Assembly (NCBI GenBank): GCA_963717505.1
Contig: OY970342.1
Location: 2,112,001 to 2,176,000 of the forward strand
Direction: 5' to 3'
DNA: 64,000 nt
DNA from: Candidatus Eiseniibacteriota bacterium
GTDB taxonomy: Bacteria; Eisenbacteria; RBG-16-71-46
Below the pieces are notes generated by a model, which made no database searches, was not told where the DNA came from, and saw only the letters and a list, made by a program, of their open reading frames with translations. Made by a program: the position numbers and the translations under genes. This document shows positions 33,105-43,141 of the stretch, in pieces (position 1 is the stretch's first letter; every line of letters begins with the position of its first letter).

Positions 33105-34589
33105 CTAGCGCAGGAAGACCAGCTTGTGCGTGAGGGTTCTACCCGCGAACCGAAGTCGCGCGTAGTAGACGCCGGCGTCGAGCCTGCGTCCGGCCTGGTC
33201 CCGGCCGCGCCACGAGACCTGATGCCAGCCCGGCTGCTGAACGCCTTCCGCCAGTCGCACCACGCGATGGCCTGAGACGTCGAAGATGTCGAGTTCGGCC
33301 GGCGCGCTCTGCTCGAGATAGAAGCTCAGGTTCGTCACGCCCGAAAACGGGCTCGGCGTCGGGGCGGAGAAGCGCACCATTCCCGCCGGTTCGTCGACGG
33401 CGACCGGCGTGCCGAAACAGGTGCGGCTCGCGGCGAAGCTCGTGATCGCCTCGATGCCCATGGGTTCGAAGTTCGGCAGGCCCATTCCGTCGCACCCGCT
33501 GTCATTCGAGCACATGATGTTGCACGGCGACACGGCGTCGCAATGATTGGCGTTCCAGTTGTGTCCCAGCTCGTGGGCGGTGAGCGCGACCCGGCGGCCA
33601 TTGTTCGTCGTGAACTTGCTCTGCGACAGACCGTAGGCCCGCGACCGATTGCAGACCGCTCCCAGCGCGGCGATTCCGATGGTTCCGCCGTCGAGGTTCT
33701 TTCCGGTCATCAGGTGGGCGACATCGCGCGGCGCCGCGGTCTGCGCCGAATTCCAATGGTCCCGGAACTGGTTCAGCAAGGCGCCGGCATCGGTGGTCGT
33801 GTACGGATCGGCGGCGGTCGTGCGAATGAGGACCAGGGTGAGGTGGTGCGTGATCCCGCAGTCGCGCTCGTAGACGGTGTTCACCTGGCTCATGATGTTC
33901 TGGATGTCGTTGACCGTGTTGCTGTAGTTGCCGCCGTTCTGGGTGAAGTACTCGAAGTCGGCGTCGAACGCCAGCTCGGCGGTGAGCAGTCCCGCGACTC
34001 GGGGGCCGACCTCGGAATCGAGACCGGGTGGGACGATCACTTGAGGTTCATTGGCGGCGCATGTGCCTTGCCCGCCGATCACGTCCGCCGCGTCGTAGAC
34101 CACGTGCTGATCGACGTCCGACTCGGGATCGAGTTCGTTCAGTGGCTGAACGAAGAACAGTCGGCCGTCCCCGAGCGCGATCGTCGCCCTCAGCCTTCCG
34201 TCCTGGATCGTGCCCCCGACGACCGAGCCGGGAATCTCGGGCACCGTGCCGCGATAGGTGGTCGGCTCGGGTGCGGGCACCTCGCGCACACCGTCCGCGG
34301 TTTCGACCAACACACGGAAGCCGGGTGCCCGCAGGTTGGATCGTTCCAGCTCGAGCGTCAGGCGCTGGCCGTTAACCTCGATCGTGAGGGTCGGGGCCTG
34401 CGTTTCGAAGCGAAGCGACTGGACGCTCATCCGCGTCACGCCGAGACGCTGCTGCACGGCCGCCATCTCCACGGTCCGCGCCAGCGCGGCTGGGGCGGCG
34501 AGCGCGAGCAGCGCCCCGGCCGCAAGGGCGATCGAGGTGGGGGCCTTCAGACGAACGGAACGACCGAGGGCGAGCGTGATGGGCTCCAT
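33105..34589 (-). CDS. Secreted M12/reprolysin-like zinc metallopeptidase with prodomain and FlgD-Ig C-terminal domain
   Basis: Start at ATG 34589 gives a signal peptide. Zinc motif HELGHNWNANH, Met-turn NIMC, DVAHLMTG, IGIAALGAVC. C-terminal PSPF...IFDVSGHRV...WRGRD...GVYYAR. Confidence 0.9.
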   Translation of the reverse strand: MEPITLALGRSVRLKAPTSIALAAGALLALAAPAALARTVEMAAVQQRLGVTRMSVQSLRFETQAPTLTIEVNGQRLTLELERSNLRAPGFRVLVETADGVREVPAPEPTTYRGTVPEIPGSVVGGTIQDGRLRATIALGDGRLFFVQPLNELDPESDVDQHVVYDAADVIGGQGTCAANEPQVIVPPGLDSEVGPRVAGLLTAELAFDADFEYFTQNGGNYSNTVNDIQNIMSQVNTVYERDCGITHHLTLVLIRTTAADPYTTTDAGALLNQFRDHWNSAQTAAPRDVAHLMTGKNLDGGTIGIAALGAVCNRSRAYGLSQSKFTTNNGRRVALTAHELGHNWNANHCDAVSPCNIMCSNDSGCDGMGLPNFEPMGIEAITSFAASRTCFGTPVAVDEPAGMVRFSAPTPSPFSGVTNLSFYLEQSAPAELDIFDVSGHRVVRLAEGVQQPGWHQVSWRGRDQAGRRLDAGVYYARLRFAGRTLTHKLVFLR

Positions 34590-34596
34590 GGCCCGA

Positions 34597-37302
34597 CTAT
34601 TCGTAGCGCAATGCCTCGGTCGGGGCAATACGAGACGCCTTGAACGCCGGGATGTACGCGGCCACCAGGGTCGCCAGGAACATCGACGGAACCACAACGA
34701 AGTAGGCCAGGAGGTCCACGCCGCCGGCATTGAACAACATGGAATTCATGAGCTGCTCGACCGCGAAGCCCATCGCCAGTCCGACCACGGTTCCGGCGCC
34801 CACCAGCACCAGGCCCTTGCCCATCACCATGCGCAGCACGTCGAACGGCCTCGCGCCAATCGCCATGCGAATGCCGATCTCCCGGGTCCGGCGGCTGACG
34901 TTGTACGCCACCAGCCCGTACAAGCCGGCGATCGCCAGCAGGAGCGCCATCGCGCCCATCGTGCCCACCAGCTTGATCGCCATCGCGGGTCCTTCCACCG
35001 CCGAGTAGCTGTACAAGTCGCGGTACGATCGGGTCTCGACGATCGGCATGTTCGAATCGAGGCCGCGAACCACTTCCTTCAGAGGTTCCACCAGTTGCAG
35101 GGGATCGCGATCCGATCGCAGCAGCAGGACCATTCGGACCTGCGGGCGTTGGGCCAGCGGCACATAGACGAAGTCCCTCGGCCGCTCGCCGGTGTCCGTG
35201 TAGGTGATGGTCTGGGCGACCCCAACGACCTCGACCGGCGTTCCCGCGCGGCCATCGAGCCAGAGGCGCTTGCCCACCGCATCGGCGTCCGGCCAGTAGT
35301 GATTCGCGAACTGCTGGTTGACGACCACGACGCCGGGGGTGTCGCGCGTGTCGGACGCCAGGATTCCGCGGCCGCGCAGGATCGGGACACCCATGGTCTC
35401 GAAGTAGTCTTCACCGATTGTGTCCATGGTCGACGTGAACGCCTCGCGATCGGGCGGCATGTCGACGCCGTCCGGCACGAATGCGACTGTGCCGAACCCG
35501 TCGAGCCCGAGCGGCGGTTCCTGGGTGAGTGCCGCGCTCTGCACGCCGGGCACGGCTCGCACCCGCTCGACCAGTTGCTGGTAGAACCGCTCGGTCCGCG
35601 CCGCGTCGTACTGGATGAGGCGCGGATCGAATCTCGCGATCAACACACGATCCTGCGCGATGCGCGCGAATTCGGAGGTTTCACCCAGGGTCTGCCGGAA
35701 TCCCCGGAGCATCAGGAACGACGCGGTGAGCAGCGTCAGCGACATGGCGACCTGCGCCATGACCAGAAGGTTTCGCCCCCACAAGCGCTTTCGACCCGGC
35801 GCATCGACGTCGGCGGTCTTGAGTCCGGTCACCAGATCGTCGTGAGTGCTCTGGAAGGCGGGCGCCAGACCGCACAGGATCGCGCTCAGGCCCGACAGCA
35901 CGAGACTGGCCAGCAGAACGCGGCCGTCGATCTGAAACGGAATGGTGATCGGCAGCGAGGTGGGGATGCGGAACGTCTTGAACAGCTCGACGGTGATGTA
36001 CGCGACGACGACGCCGGCCAATCCGCCCAGGAACGCGAGGATCAGGCTCTCGGTCAGGAGCATCCGGATCACGCGGAACCGCCCGGCCCCCAGCGCCAAG
36101 CGGACGGCGATCTCACGGGTGCGCGTGCCGGCGCGGGCCAGGAGCAGCCCCGCCACGTTGGTGCACGCGACCAACAGCACGCCCAGCCCGAGGAGGGTGA
36201 AGATGACACCGAACTTCCACTCGGTCTGGTCGGGGCGCGTGCGCATTTCGAGCCGGGTGCGCACCGCTGCGCCGCGGTTGCGATTGAATTGCGGGTATTC
36301 GTGCGCGAGGTCCTGCGCGATCACCGCGAGTTCCTCCTGCGCCTGCTCGCGGGTGACGCCCGGCTTCAGGCGCGCCTTCAGGTTCAGCTCGCGATCATCC
36401 CGGTCCTCGAAGAAGTTCTTGGTCGGGTGGGTCGGAAACAGTGGCGCCATCGCGAGCGGGACGTAGAACTCGGGACGCGAGAAGATGTACATGCCCGGAA
36501 ACGACTCGGGCGCGACGCCGATCACCGTGAAATCCCTGCCGTTCAGGCGAATCGTGCTGCCCACCACCGATACGTCGCTCGCGAATTCCTGCTTCCAGCA
36601 GTCCCGCCCGATCACCACCACCGCGTCGCGGCCGGGCACCTGGTCTTCGTCCTCGCGAAACGCGCGCCCGAGCTGCGGCGTCACCCGCAACGCGCTGAAG
36701 TAGTTGCCCGAGACCATGATCGCGCTCTTGACCCGCGGAGTGGTCTCGGCAGTGACGCTGAAGCCGACCGGCCCGACGTCGGCGTTCGCGATCACGCCGT
36801 CGTAGCTCTTGGCGTGCTCGCGGATGTCCCGGTACTCGCGATACGAGAAGTTCTCGAAGCTGCGATCGCTCGAAGTACTCACCAGATTGACCACGCGATC
36901 CCCATCGGGCACCGGATAGGGCCTGAAGGTGATCGAATCGAGCATGCTGAAGGGCGCCGAGGTCATCCCGATCCCGAGCGCCAACGTGAACACCACGAGC
37001 CAGGCGATCCCCGGCGTGCGGCGCAGGCCACGGATCGCGTAGCGCACGTCGTCGACGAAGTCGGTCCACCAGTTGACGCCGCGCAGGTCGCGCATCTCCT
37101 CTTTCTTCTGCTCGATCCCGTCCATCGCCCGCAGTGCCGCGAGCCGCGCTTCGTCGGGGGAGAGACCGCTGGCGATGCCTTCCTCGATCTTGAATTCCAG
37201 GTGGAGCTTCAGCTCGTCATCGAGCTCCCGCTCCATCTGGCCGCGCCGCAGGAGGGATTTCAGCCTGAGGGGCAGCGCGAACCACCAGTGTTCGATCCGC
37301 AT
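34597..37302 (-). CDS. ADOP-type duplicated MacB/FtsX ABC transporter permease
   Basis: N-terminal ERELDDELKLHLE and DVRYAIRGLRRTPG. Two MacB/FtsX halves: VACTNVAGLLLAR...REIAVRLALGA and GLYGLVAYNVSRRTREIGIRMAIGA. Terminal PTEALRYE. Confidence 0.93.
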   Translation of the reverse strand: MRIEHWWFALPLRLKSLLRRGQMERELDDELKLHLEFKIEEGIASGLSPDEARLAALRAMDGIEQKKEEMRDLRGVNWWTDFVDDVRYAIRGLRRTPGIAWLVVFTLALGIGMTSAPFSMLDSITFRPYPVPDGDRVVNLVSTSSDRSFENFSYREYRDIREHAKSYDGVIANADVGPVGFSVTAETTPRVKSAIMVSGNYFSALRVTPQLGRAFREDEDQVPGRDAVVVIGRDCWKQEFASDVSVVGSTIRLNGRDFTVIGVAPESFPGMYIFSRPEFYVPLAMAPLFPTHPTKNFFEDRDDRELNLKARLKPGVTREQAQEELAVIAQDLAHEYPQFNRNRGAAVRTRLEMRTRPDQTEWKFGVIFTLLGLGVLLVACTNVAGLLLARAGTRTREIAVRLALGAGRFRVIRMLLTESLILAFLGGLAGVVVAYITVELFKTFRIPTSLPITIPFQIDGRVLLASLVLSGLSAILCGLAPAFQSTHDDLVTGLKTADVDAPGRKRLWGRNLLVMAQVAMSLTLLTASFLMLRGFRQTLGETSEFARIAQDRVLIARFDPRLIQYDAARTERFYQQLVERVRAVPGVQSAALTQEPPLGLDGFGTVAFVPDGVDMPPDREAFTSTMDTIGEDYFETMGVPILRGRGILASDTRDTPGVVVVNQQFANHYWPDADAVGKRLWLDGRAGTPVEVVGVAQTITYTDTGERPRDFVYVPLAQRPQVRMVLLLRSDRDPLQLVEPLKEVVRGLDSNMPIVETRSYRDLYSYSAVEGPAMAIKLVGTMGAMALLLAIAGLYGLVAYNVSRRTREIGIRMAIGARPFDVLRMVMGKGLVLVGAGTVVGLAMGFAVEQLMNSMLFNAGGVDLLAYFVVVPSMFLATLVAAYIPAFKASRIAPTEALRYE

Positions 37303-37308
37303 CGGTCT

Positions 37309-37644
37309 CTAGGCCTCCGAAAGCCCGATGACCCGGGTGATCGCCGACGACAGCAGCTGCCAGCTCGCCGACTCGGATTCGAGCTGCTTTCGGCCGAGTC
37401 GGGTGAGCGAATAGAACTTCGCGCGCCGGTTGTTCTCGGTCTGCTTCCATTCGGCAGTGATCCAGCCCTCCTGCTCGAGCTTGTGCAGGGCGGGGTAGAG
37501 GGAGCCTTCGCTCACCTGCAGCACATCGCCCGAGATGGTCTTCAGGCGACGACTGATCGCCCAGCCGTGCAAGGGCTGTAGAGCCAGGATCTTGAGCAGC
37601 AGCAGATCCAAGGTGCCTTGGACGAGGTCGCTGGGCTTGCTCAT
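37309..37644 (-). CDS. PadR-family transcriptional regulator (ADOP-associated type)
   Basis: LVQGTLDLLLLK, HGWAI, GSLYPALHKLE, ENNRRAKFYSLT; lies 6 bp upstream of the ADOP permease. Confidence 0.95.
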   Translation of the reverse strand: MSKPSDLVQGTLDLLLLKILALQPLHGWAISRRLKTISGDVLQVSEGSLYPALHKLEQEGWITAEWKQTENNRRAKFYSLTRLGRKQLESESASWQLLSSAITRVIGLSEA

Positions 37645-37645
37645 A

Positions 37646-37685
37646 TCGGTATCCTAGGGGAGTCTCCCCTCGGTAAGCAAGGGGA
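37646..37685. promoter_or_regulatory. Putative PadR operator: inverted repeat plus a tandem half-site next to the padR start codon
   Basis: TCCCCT-N9-AGGGGA at 37665-37685. TCGGTA-N4-AGGGGA occurs twice with a 24-bp period (37646, 37670), directly adjacent to the start at 37644. Confidence 0.55.
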
Positions 37686-37792
37686 AAGTTCCTGGGCTCT
37701 GCAACTCCCGGCTCGGCCCCTACGTTCTATACCCGGAGCTTTGCGATGAGGCGGCCAATGCAGGCAGCATGTTGTCCCCCAAGGAGGTGTCC

Positions 37793-38998
37793 GTGAACGC
37801 ATCGAACGCAGTCCCGGTGCTGGTTCTGGGACTTGCCCTGGCCAGTCCCGCCACCGCTTCGGACGTGGGCTACATCTACGGGCGGATCCAGACGGACGGC
37901 GGAGAGGTCTACGAGGGGCAGATCCGCTGGGGCACCGAGGAGTCGTTCTGGGACGACATCTTCAACGCCACCAAGGCCGAGAACGAGAACCTTGCCGACG
38001 TCGATCCCAAGGTGCTGGAGCGCGTGCGCGCCCGAAACTGGAGCGGGTGGGACTTCGTCGGGATGGTGAATCCGGACCTCACGCACCTGTTCGCCATCCG
38101 GTTCGGTGACCTGAAGCGCATCGAGGTTCGCGACGAGGACGATCTGGTCGCGGAGTTTCGTAACGGCGAGAAGCTGAAGCTGGAGGGCGGGTCGAACGAC
38201 GTCGGTGCGCGGATCACGGTGCACGACACGAAGGTCGGCACCCGCGAGGTCCGCTGGAGCCGGATTCGCACGGTCGAGTTCAAGGACACACCCACCAAGC
38301 TGGTAAACAAGGACGGCGAGCCCATCTACGGGACCGTCAAGTCCGGACGCTACGATTTCACCGGGCGGATCCAGTGGGATCACGATGAGTGCCTGACCAT
38401 CGACGAGCTCGATGGCGAAACCGAGGACGGCGATGTCTCGCTCGAGTTCGGCGAGATCACGGCGATTCGCAAGCACCGAAGCGGTGCCATGGTAACGCTC
38501 AAGTCCGGATCGAATCTGTACGTCAAGGGCACCAACGACGTGAACAGCGCCAATCGGGGCGTGGTGGTCATCGTGCCGAAAGTCGGATCGGTGAAGATCG
38601 GCTGGGACGATTTCGACGAAGTCAGGTTCAGTCCGGCCCCGACCTCGGGTCGCGCGTATTCCGAATACGCCAAGGCGGTTCCTCTCCAGGGAACCGTGGT
38701 CACCCGCGACGGGCGTCACGAAGGCCGAATCGTGTTCGACCTCGACGAGTCCCGTGATTTCGAGATGCTCCATGGCAGGAACGGCGACACCGAGTACATC
38801 ATTCCGTTCCGCGACATCGCGAGCATCAAGCCGGAAGGCCGACTGCGCTCCCTGGTCGAGTTGCGCATCGGTCTGACCATCGAGCTGGAAGAGAGCCAGG
38901 ACGTCACGCGCCGGAACGACGGCCTGCTGGTCTACGGCGCCAGCGGAGAGCCGCAGTACATCGACTGGCGGAACGTCACCGAGGTCGTGTTCCGCTGA
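37793..38998 (+). CDS. Secreted hypothetical protein with three internal repeats
   Basis: AAGGAGG RBS before GTG 37793 and a signal peptide. Repeats IYGRIQT...EGQIRW, IYGTVKS...TGRIQWD and LQGTVVT...EGRIVFD. Confidence 0.8.
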   Translation: MNASNAVPVLVLGLALASPATASDVGYIYGRIQTDGGEVYEGQIRWGTEESFWDDIFNATKAENENLADVDPKVLERVRARNWSGWDFVGMVNPDLTHLFAIRFGDLKRIEVRDEDDLVAEFRNGEKLKLEGGSNDVGARITVHDTKVGTREVRWSRIRTVEFKDTPTKLVNKDGEPIYGTVKSGRYDFTGRIQWDHDECLTIDELDGETEDGDVSLEFGEITAIRKHRSGAMVTLKSGSNLYVKGTNDVNSANRGVVVIVPKVGSVKIGWDDFDEVRFSPAPTSGRAYSEYAKAVPLQGTVVTRDGRHEGRIVFDLDESRDFEMLHGRNGDTEYIIPFRDIASIKPEGRLRSLVELRIGLTIELEESQDVTRRNDGLLVYGASGEPQYIDWRNVTEVVFR

Positions 38999-39107
38999 AC
39001 TAGACCGCATGCGGCGAAGCATCCGGCCCTGGAGTACGGGCCGCATTTCCAAAAAAATGGCCCTGACCTTGCCGTTGGACCGGACCCCAGTGTTTACTGA
39101 GAGTCTC

Positions 39108-40832
39108 GTGCGACGCGCAATTGGAATCATGGCGCTGACGCTGGCGGTCGTTCTCCTGCCCGGCTGCGCGCGGAGGAACTCGGAGGTCTCGGCCGAGTTT
39201 CGCGCGCTGGCCGAGCGCTACTACCAGGCTCGATTCGACTTCGGTCCGAGCGATGCGACCTCGATTGGCGTTCACGATCGCGACGGCAAGCTCGAGGATT
39301 TCTCGGAGTCGATGCAGCAGCTCGAGCGCGCGTCGCTGAGGGCCTTCCTCGACACCCTGACCACGAAGATCGATTCCACGGCGCTGCCGCTCGACGATCA
39401 GGTCGACTACACCATGCTCGGGCGCGACGCACGACAGCGGCTCTTCCAAATGGACGAGACCCGGATCTTCGAGCGCAGCCCGGACCTCTATCACTCCACG
39501 GCGAGCAATGCGGTCTACACGCTCTTGCTCCGCGACTTCGCGCCGCTCGAGGAGCGGCTGGCGCACATTGCGGATCGCGAAGAGAAGATCCCCGCGCTGC
39601 TCGAGCAGGCCAAGGCGAATCTCGAGAATCCACCGAAAGTCTGGACGGAAGTCGCGATCGCACAGGCCCAGGGGACGGTGCAGTTCTTTTCGACAGTGGT
39701 GCCGGAGGCCGCGAAGAAGTGCAAGGACGCAACGCTGCGCGACCGCCTGAACCGGGCCAACCAGGGCGCGATCGAGGCCGCCAAGGACTACATCCACTTC
39801 CTCGAGAAGGATCTCCTGCCGCGCTCCAACGGCAGCTTCGCCCTGGGCCGCGAGAAGTTCATGCAGCGTTGCCGCGAGGAGGAGGGGATCACCGAGACTC
39901 CCGAGGCGCTGCTGGCGAAGGGACTGGCGGCGATCGCCGAGAACCATCGACAGATGGCGGAGGTGGTGCGCCAGATCGACTCGACCGCGACGTTGGAGCA
40001 GGTCCTGGCCAGGACCTCGGCCCGTCATCCGAGCCCGGCGGGATTGTTGGATTCATGCCGGGCCGCGCTCGGCGGCCTGCGACAGTTCGTCGTCGACCGG
40101 GGCATCGTTCCGTTGCCCGGGGGCGAGGATCTGCGCGTGGCCGAGACGCCGTTGTTCGCACGCAGCCTCATCGTGGCGGCCATGGATTCTCCAGGGCCGC
40201 TCGAGACCAAGGCCAACGAAGCTTACTACTACGTCACGCCGCCCGATCCGAAGTGGTCGGCCGCGCAGAGCGAGGAATACCTGCGCTCGTTCTGCTACGG
40301 CTACATCTACACGACCTCATCGCACGAGGCCTATCCCGGCCACTACGTGCAGGGCCTCTATCAGCGTGAGGCGCCCTCTCTGGTGCGGAAACTGGGCCGC
40401 TCCTACGCCTACAGTGAAGGCTGGGCGCACTACTGCGAGCAGATGTTGCTCGACGAGGGCTTCTCCAGCGATCCGGAGCTGCGCCTGTATCAACTCAACG
40501 ACGCTCTGCTGCGGCTATGCCGGCTCGTAGCCACGATCCGGATGCACACCCTGGGATGGACCGTCGAGCAGACGGCCGAGTTCTTGGTCCAGGAGGGTTA
40601 TCAGCCGCGCCCCACGGCGATGATCGAGGCGAGGCGCTACACGAGCGATCCTCTGGTCCTGTCGTACACCTGGGGGAAGTGGCGAATCCTCGAGTTGCGC
40701 GAGGAGATGAAGCGGCGCATGGGATCGGACTATTCGATCGGCGAGTTTCACAAACGATTCCTGGCGCTTGGCAACGTGACGATCCCCGAAGCCGAGCGAA
40801 TCCTTCTCCTGCAAGCAACGCCGCGGCGATGA
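39108..40832 (+). CDS. DUF885-family lipoprotein (putative metallopeptidase-like)
   Basis: Lipobox LLPGC, ATSIGVHDRDGKL, HEAYPGHYVQ, SEGWAHYCE and SYTWGK. Start is GTG 39108 or ATG 39129. Confidence 0.88.
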   Translation: MRRAIGIMALTLAVVLLPGCARRNSEVSAEFRALAERYYQARFDFGPSDATSIGVHDRDGKLEDFSESMQQLERASLRAFLDTLTTKIDSTALPLDDQVDYTMLGRDARQRLFQMDETRIFERSPDLYHSTASNAVYTLLLRDFAPLEERLAHIADREEKIPALLEQAKANLENPPKVWTEVAIAQAQGTVQFFSTVVPEAAKKCKDATLRDRLNRANQGAIEAAKDYIHFLEKDLLPRSNGSFALGREKFMQRCREEEGITETPEALLAKGLAAIAENHRQMAEVVRQIDSTATLEQVLARTSARHPSPAGLLDSCRAALGGLRQFVVDRGIVPLPGGEDLRVAETPLFARSLIVAAMDSPGPLETKANEAYYYVTPPDPKWSAAQSEEYLRSFCYGYIYTTSSHEAYPGHYVQGLYQREAPSLVRKLGRSYAYSEGWAHYCEQMLLDEGFSSDPELRLYQLNDALLRLCRLVATIRMHTLGWTVEQTAEFLVQEGYQPRPTAMIEARRYTSDPLVLSYTWGKWRILELREEMKRRMGSDYSIGEFHKRFLALGNVTIPEAERILLLQATPRR

Positions 40833-42358
40833 TCGCGGTTCTGCTCGCTGCGGGGCTGGCGGTGTGGCCGCTAGCCGCCAGGGGTGATGCCGAGCTGATC
40901 CAGCAGGTCGACGCGTACCGGCAAGCGCACGAAAAGGCGATCGTGGGTGCGCTCGATACGCTCACCCGGCTAAGAAGTGTCGCGGCCGACACGGCCGGCA
41001 TTGCCGCCGCCGCCTCTCATCTCGAAGATCTCCTGAAGGCGCGCGGCTTCGAGACCGCGCAGCTCAGTGTGCCGGGCTCGACGCCCGTCGTGTACGGCTC
41101 GCTCGCGGTCAAGGGTGCCAAGCGAACCGTCGTCTACTACGCGCACTACGACGGTCAGCCGGTGACGCCCTCGGAATGGAAGTCCGACCCATTCGTTCCG
41201 GTCATGCGCTCGGGCCTGCTCGGTTCCGGGGAACGGTCGATCGACTGGAGGAACGCGCAATCGCTCGATCCCGAATGGCGGTTGTTCGGGCGTGCGGTCG
41301 CCGACGACAAGACGTCGATCATCGCCTTCCTGGTCGCATTCGATGCGCTCAAAGCCGCGGGGCGCACGCCGTCGGCCAACATCAAGGTCTTCTGGGAGGG
41401 CGAGGAGGAAGCCGGCTCGCCTCACCTACCTGCCATTCTCCGGAGCAACGCCGCCCGCCTGAAGAGCGATCTGTGGATCATCGGAGACGGTCCGGTTCAT
41501 CAGTCGCGGCGGCGGATGATCTCGTTCGGCGCGCGCGGCGTGGTCGGCTTGGAGGCCACGGTCTACGGGCCGCGGCGCTCGGTCCACGATGGGCACTACG
41601 GCAATTGGGTCCCCAATCCGGCGGCCATGGCGGCCGAGCTGATTGCCGCGATGCGCTCGCCCGATGGCCAAGTTCGCATCCCCGGTTTCCTGGACGACGT
41701 CCGTCCGCTGACCGTGGCCGAGAGCGAAGCGGTCGCGTCGCTGCCGCCGGTGGAAGAGTCTCTGCGGCGCGAACTCGGGATCGCACGGGGCGAAAGTGAC
41801 GACGGGCTGACCGCGAGCATTCTTCGCCCGGCGGTCAACGTCCGCGGAATCCGCTCGGGGCAGGTCGGCGCTCAGGCGGTCAACGCCATTCCGACCGACG
41901 CCACGGTGTCGATCGACTTCCGGCTGGTGCCCAATCAGACGCCCGCCCGCGTTCGCCAGACCGTCGAATCGCACCTGAGAGCGCAGGGATGGACGATCGT
42001 CGCACAAGCTCCCGACTCGGCGGCGCGCCTGGCCCACCCTCGCATCGTGAAGCTCGAGTGGGAGGGCGGATACCCCGCGTTCCGCAGCGACATGAGCACG
42101 CCGGCCGCGCGCGCGGTCCTGGCCGCGGCCCAGGCGGCCGCGGGTGGACCGACCCAAGGACCCATCGCCGTGATGCCGATGATGGGCGGCAGTGTCCCGA
42201 TCTACATGTTCGACGAGGTGTTCAAGGTGCCGGTCATCGGGCTTCCGGTGGTCAACCACGACAACAGCCAGCACGCGGCCAACGAGAACATCCGGCTGCA
42301 GAATCTGTGGGACGCCGTTACGACTTATGCGGCCATGATGGCCATGCTGGATTGGTAA
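40829..42358 (+). CDS. Secreted M20/M25/M40-family metallopeptidase
   Basis: ATGA overlap with the DUF885 gene. Signal peptide, YAHYDGQP, GRAVADDK, EGEEEAGS, HDGHYGN and QHAANEN. Confidence 0.92.
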   Translation: MIAVLLAAGLAVWPLAARGDAELIQQVDAYRQAHEKAIVGALDTLTRLRSVAADTAGIAAAASHLEDLLKARGFETAQLSVPGSTPVVYGSLAVKGAKRTVVYYAHYDGQPVTPSEWKSDPFVPVMRSGLLGSGERSIDWRNAQSLDPEWRLFGRAVADDKTSIIAFLVAFDALKAAGRTPSANIKVFWEGEEEAGSPHLPAILRSNAARLKSDLWIIGDGPVHQSRRRMISFGARGVVGLEATVYGPRRSVHDGHYGNWVPNPAAMAAELIAAMRSPDGQVRIPGFLDDVRPLTVAESEAVASLPPVEESLRRELGIARGESDDGLTASILRPAVNVRGIRSGQVGAQAVNAIPTDATVSIDFRLVPNQTPARVRQTVESHLRAQGWTIVAQAPDSAARLAHPRIVKLEWEGGYPAFRSDMSTPAARAVLAAAQAAAGGPTQGPIAVMPMMGGSVPIYMFDEVFKVPVIGLPVVNHDNSQHAANENIRLQNLWDAVTTYAAMMAMLDW

Positions 42359-42967
42359 TCACTTCACCATCGTCGAGATCTTGAAGTCGTTGTTGACGCG
42401 GGACCACGTGCCGGGCCCGCACTCGGTCTCCTCGCCGGTCGCGTCGAAGCGGCAGCCGAAGAGCGTGCCCTCTGTTTCGCGGTAGTCGGTGGTGTCGCGC
42501 GTGGTCGCGTAAGCCCAGAAACCCGAGCCGTACGGGCGGTTCATCCCGTTCCCTTCGCCGAACTGAGCCACGACCAGGCCCTTGTCCGCGATGGCCCCGT
42601 CGTCGAGCGTGACCGGATCGTAGGTGTAGGCGTACATCACCTTGTTGGTCGCGTCCCACATGAAGCCGACCTTCTCATGACTCCCGCTGCTGTCGATGTC
42701 GAGCATCTCGAACCAGGAGACGGCATCGGCAGTCGGCCTCACGCCCAACGCTCCCTCGCCCAGCGCAACGCCCCGCTGCGCGTCGAGACCCGGACGGCGG
42801 TTGGTGAGCCCGATCATCCAGGTCTTGACCAGCGTCGAGCGGATCTTCCCCATCGACTTTTCGGCGGCGGGTGTCTCGCCGCCCGGCGTCTCGGAGGCTT
42901 TCCTGCCGCAGGAGACGATGGCCACGGCGATGAACGCGAGGACGACGAACAGTCGGTACTTCTTCAT
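42359..42967 (-). CDS. Hypothetical lipoprotein
   Basis: GGAGAGG RBS, then MKKYRLFVVLAFIAVAIVSC lipoprotein signal. This is the 3' part of the track ORF 42359-44677. Confidence 0.75.
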   Translation of the reverse strand: MKKYRLFVVLAFIAVAIVSCGRKASETPGGETPAAEKSMGKIRSTLVKTWMIGLTNRRPGLDAQRGVALGEGALGVRPTADAVSWFEMLDIDSSGSHEKVGFMWDATNKVMYAYTYDPVTLDDGAIADKGLVVAQFGEGNGMNRPYGSGFWAYATTRDTTDYRETEGTLFGCRFDATGEETECGPGTWSRVNNDFKISTMVK

Positions 42968-43141
42968 CGAAACCTCTCCCGTTGTGTGTTGGTCTCCATG
43001 TCCACTTCGCCGGCGCAGTCTCTCACATCTGGAGGACCCTAGGCCCCCCGACGGCCGACGGTTTGATCCCCGCTTCGGCGGGCCGCTAAGCTTCCGCCCG
43101 CGAACCCTTCCAGGATCTGGGTCTGACCAAAGGAGAATCCG

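Noticed and set aside
43060-43100. c-di-GMP-I riboswitch-like CCCGC-TTCG-GCGGG-CCGCTAAGCTTCCG
   Set aside because: It lacks GGCAAA, the GNRA loop and GACGCAAAG; it is probably a simple UUCG hairpin between divergent genes.
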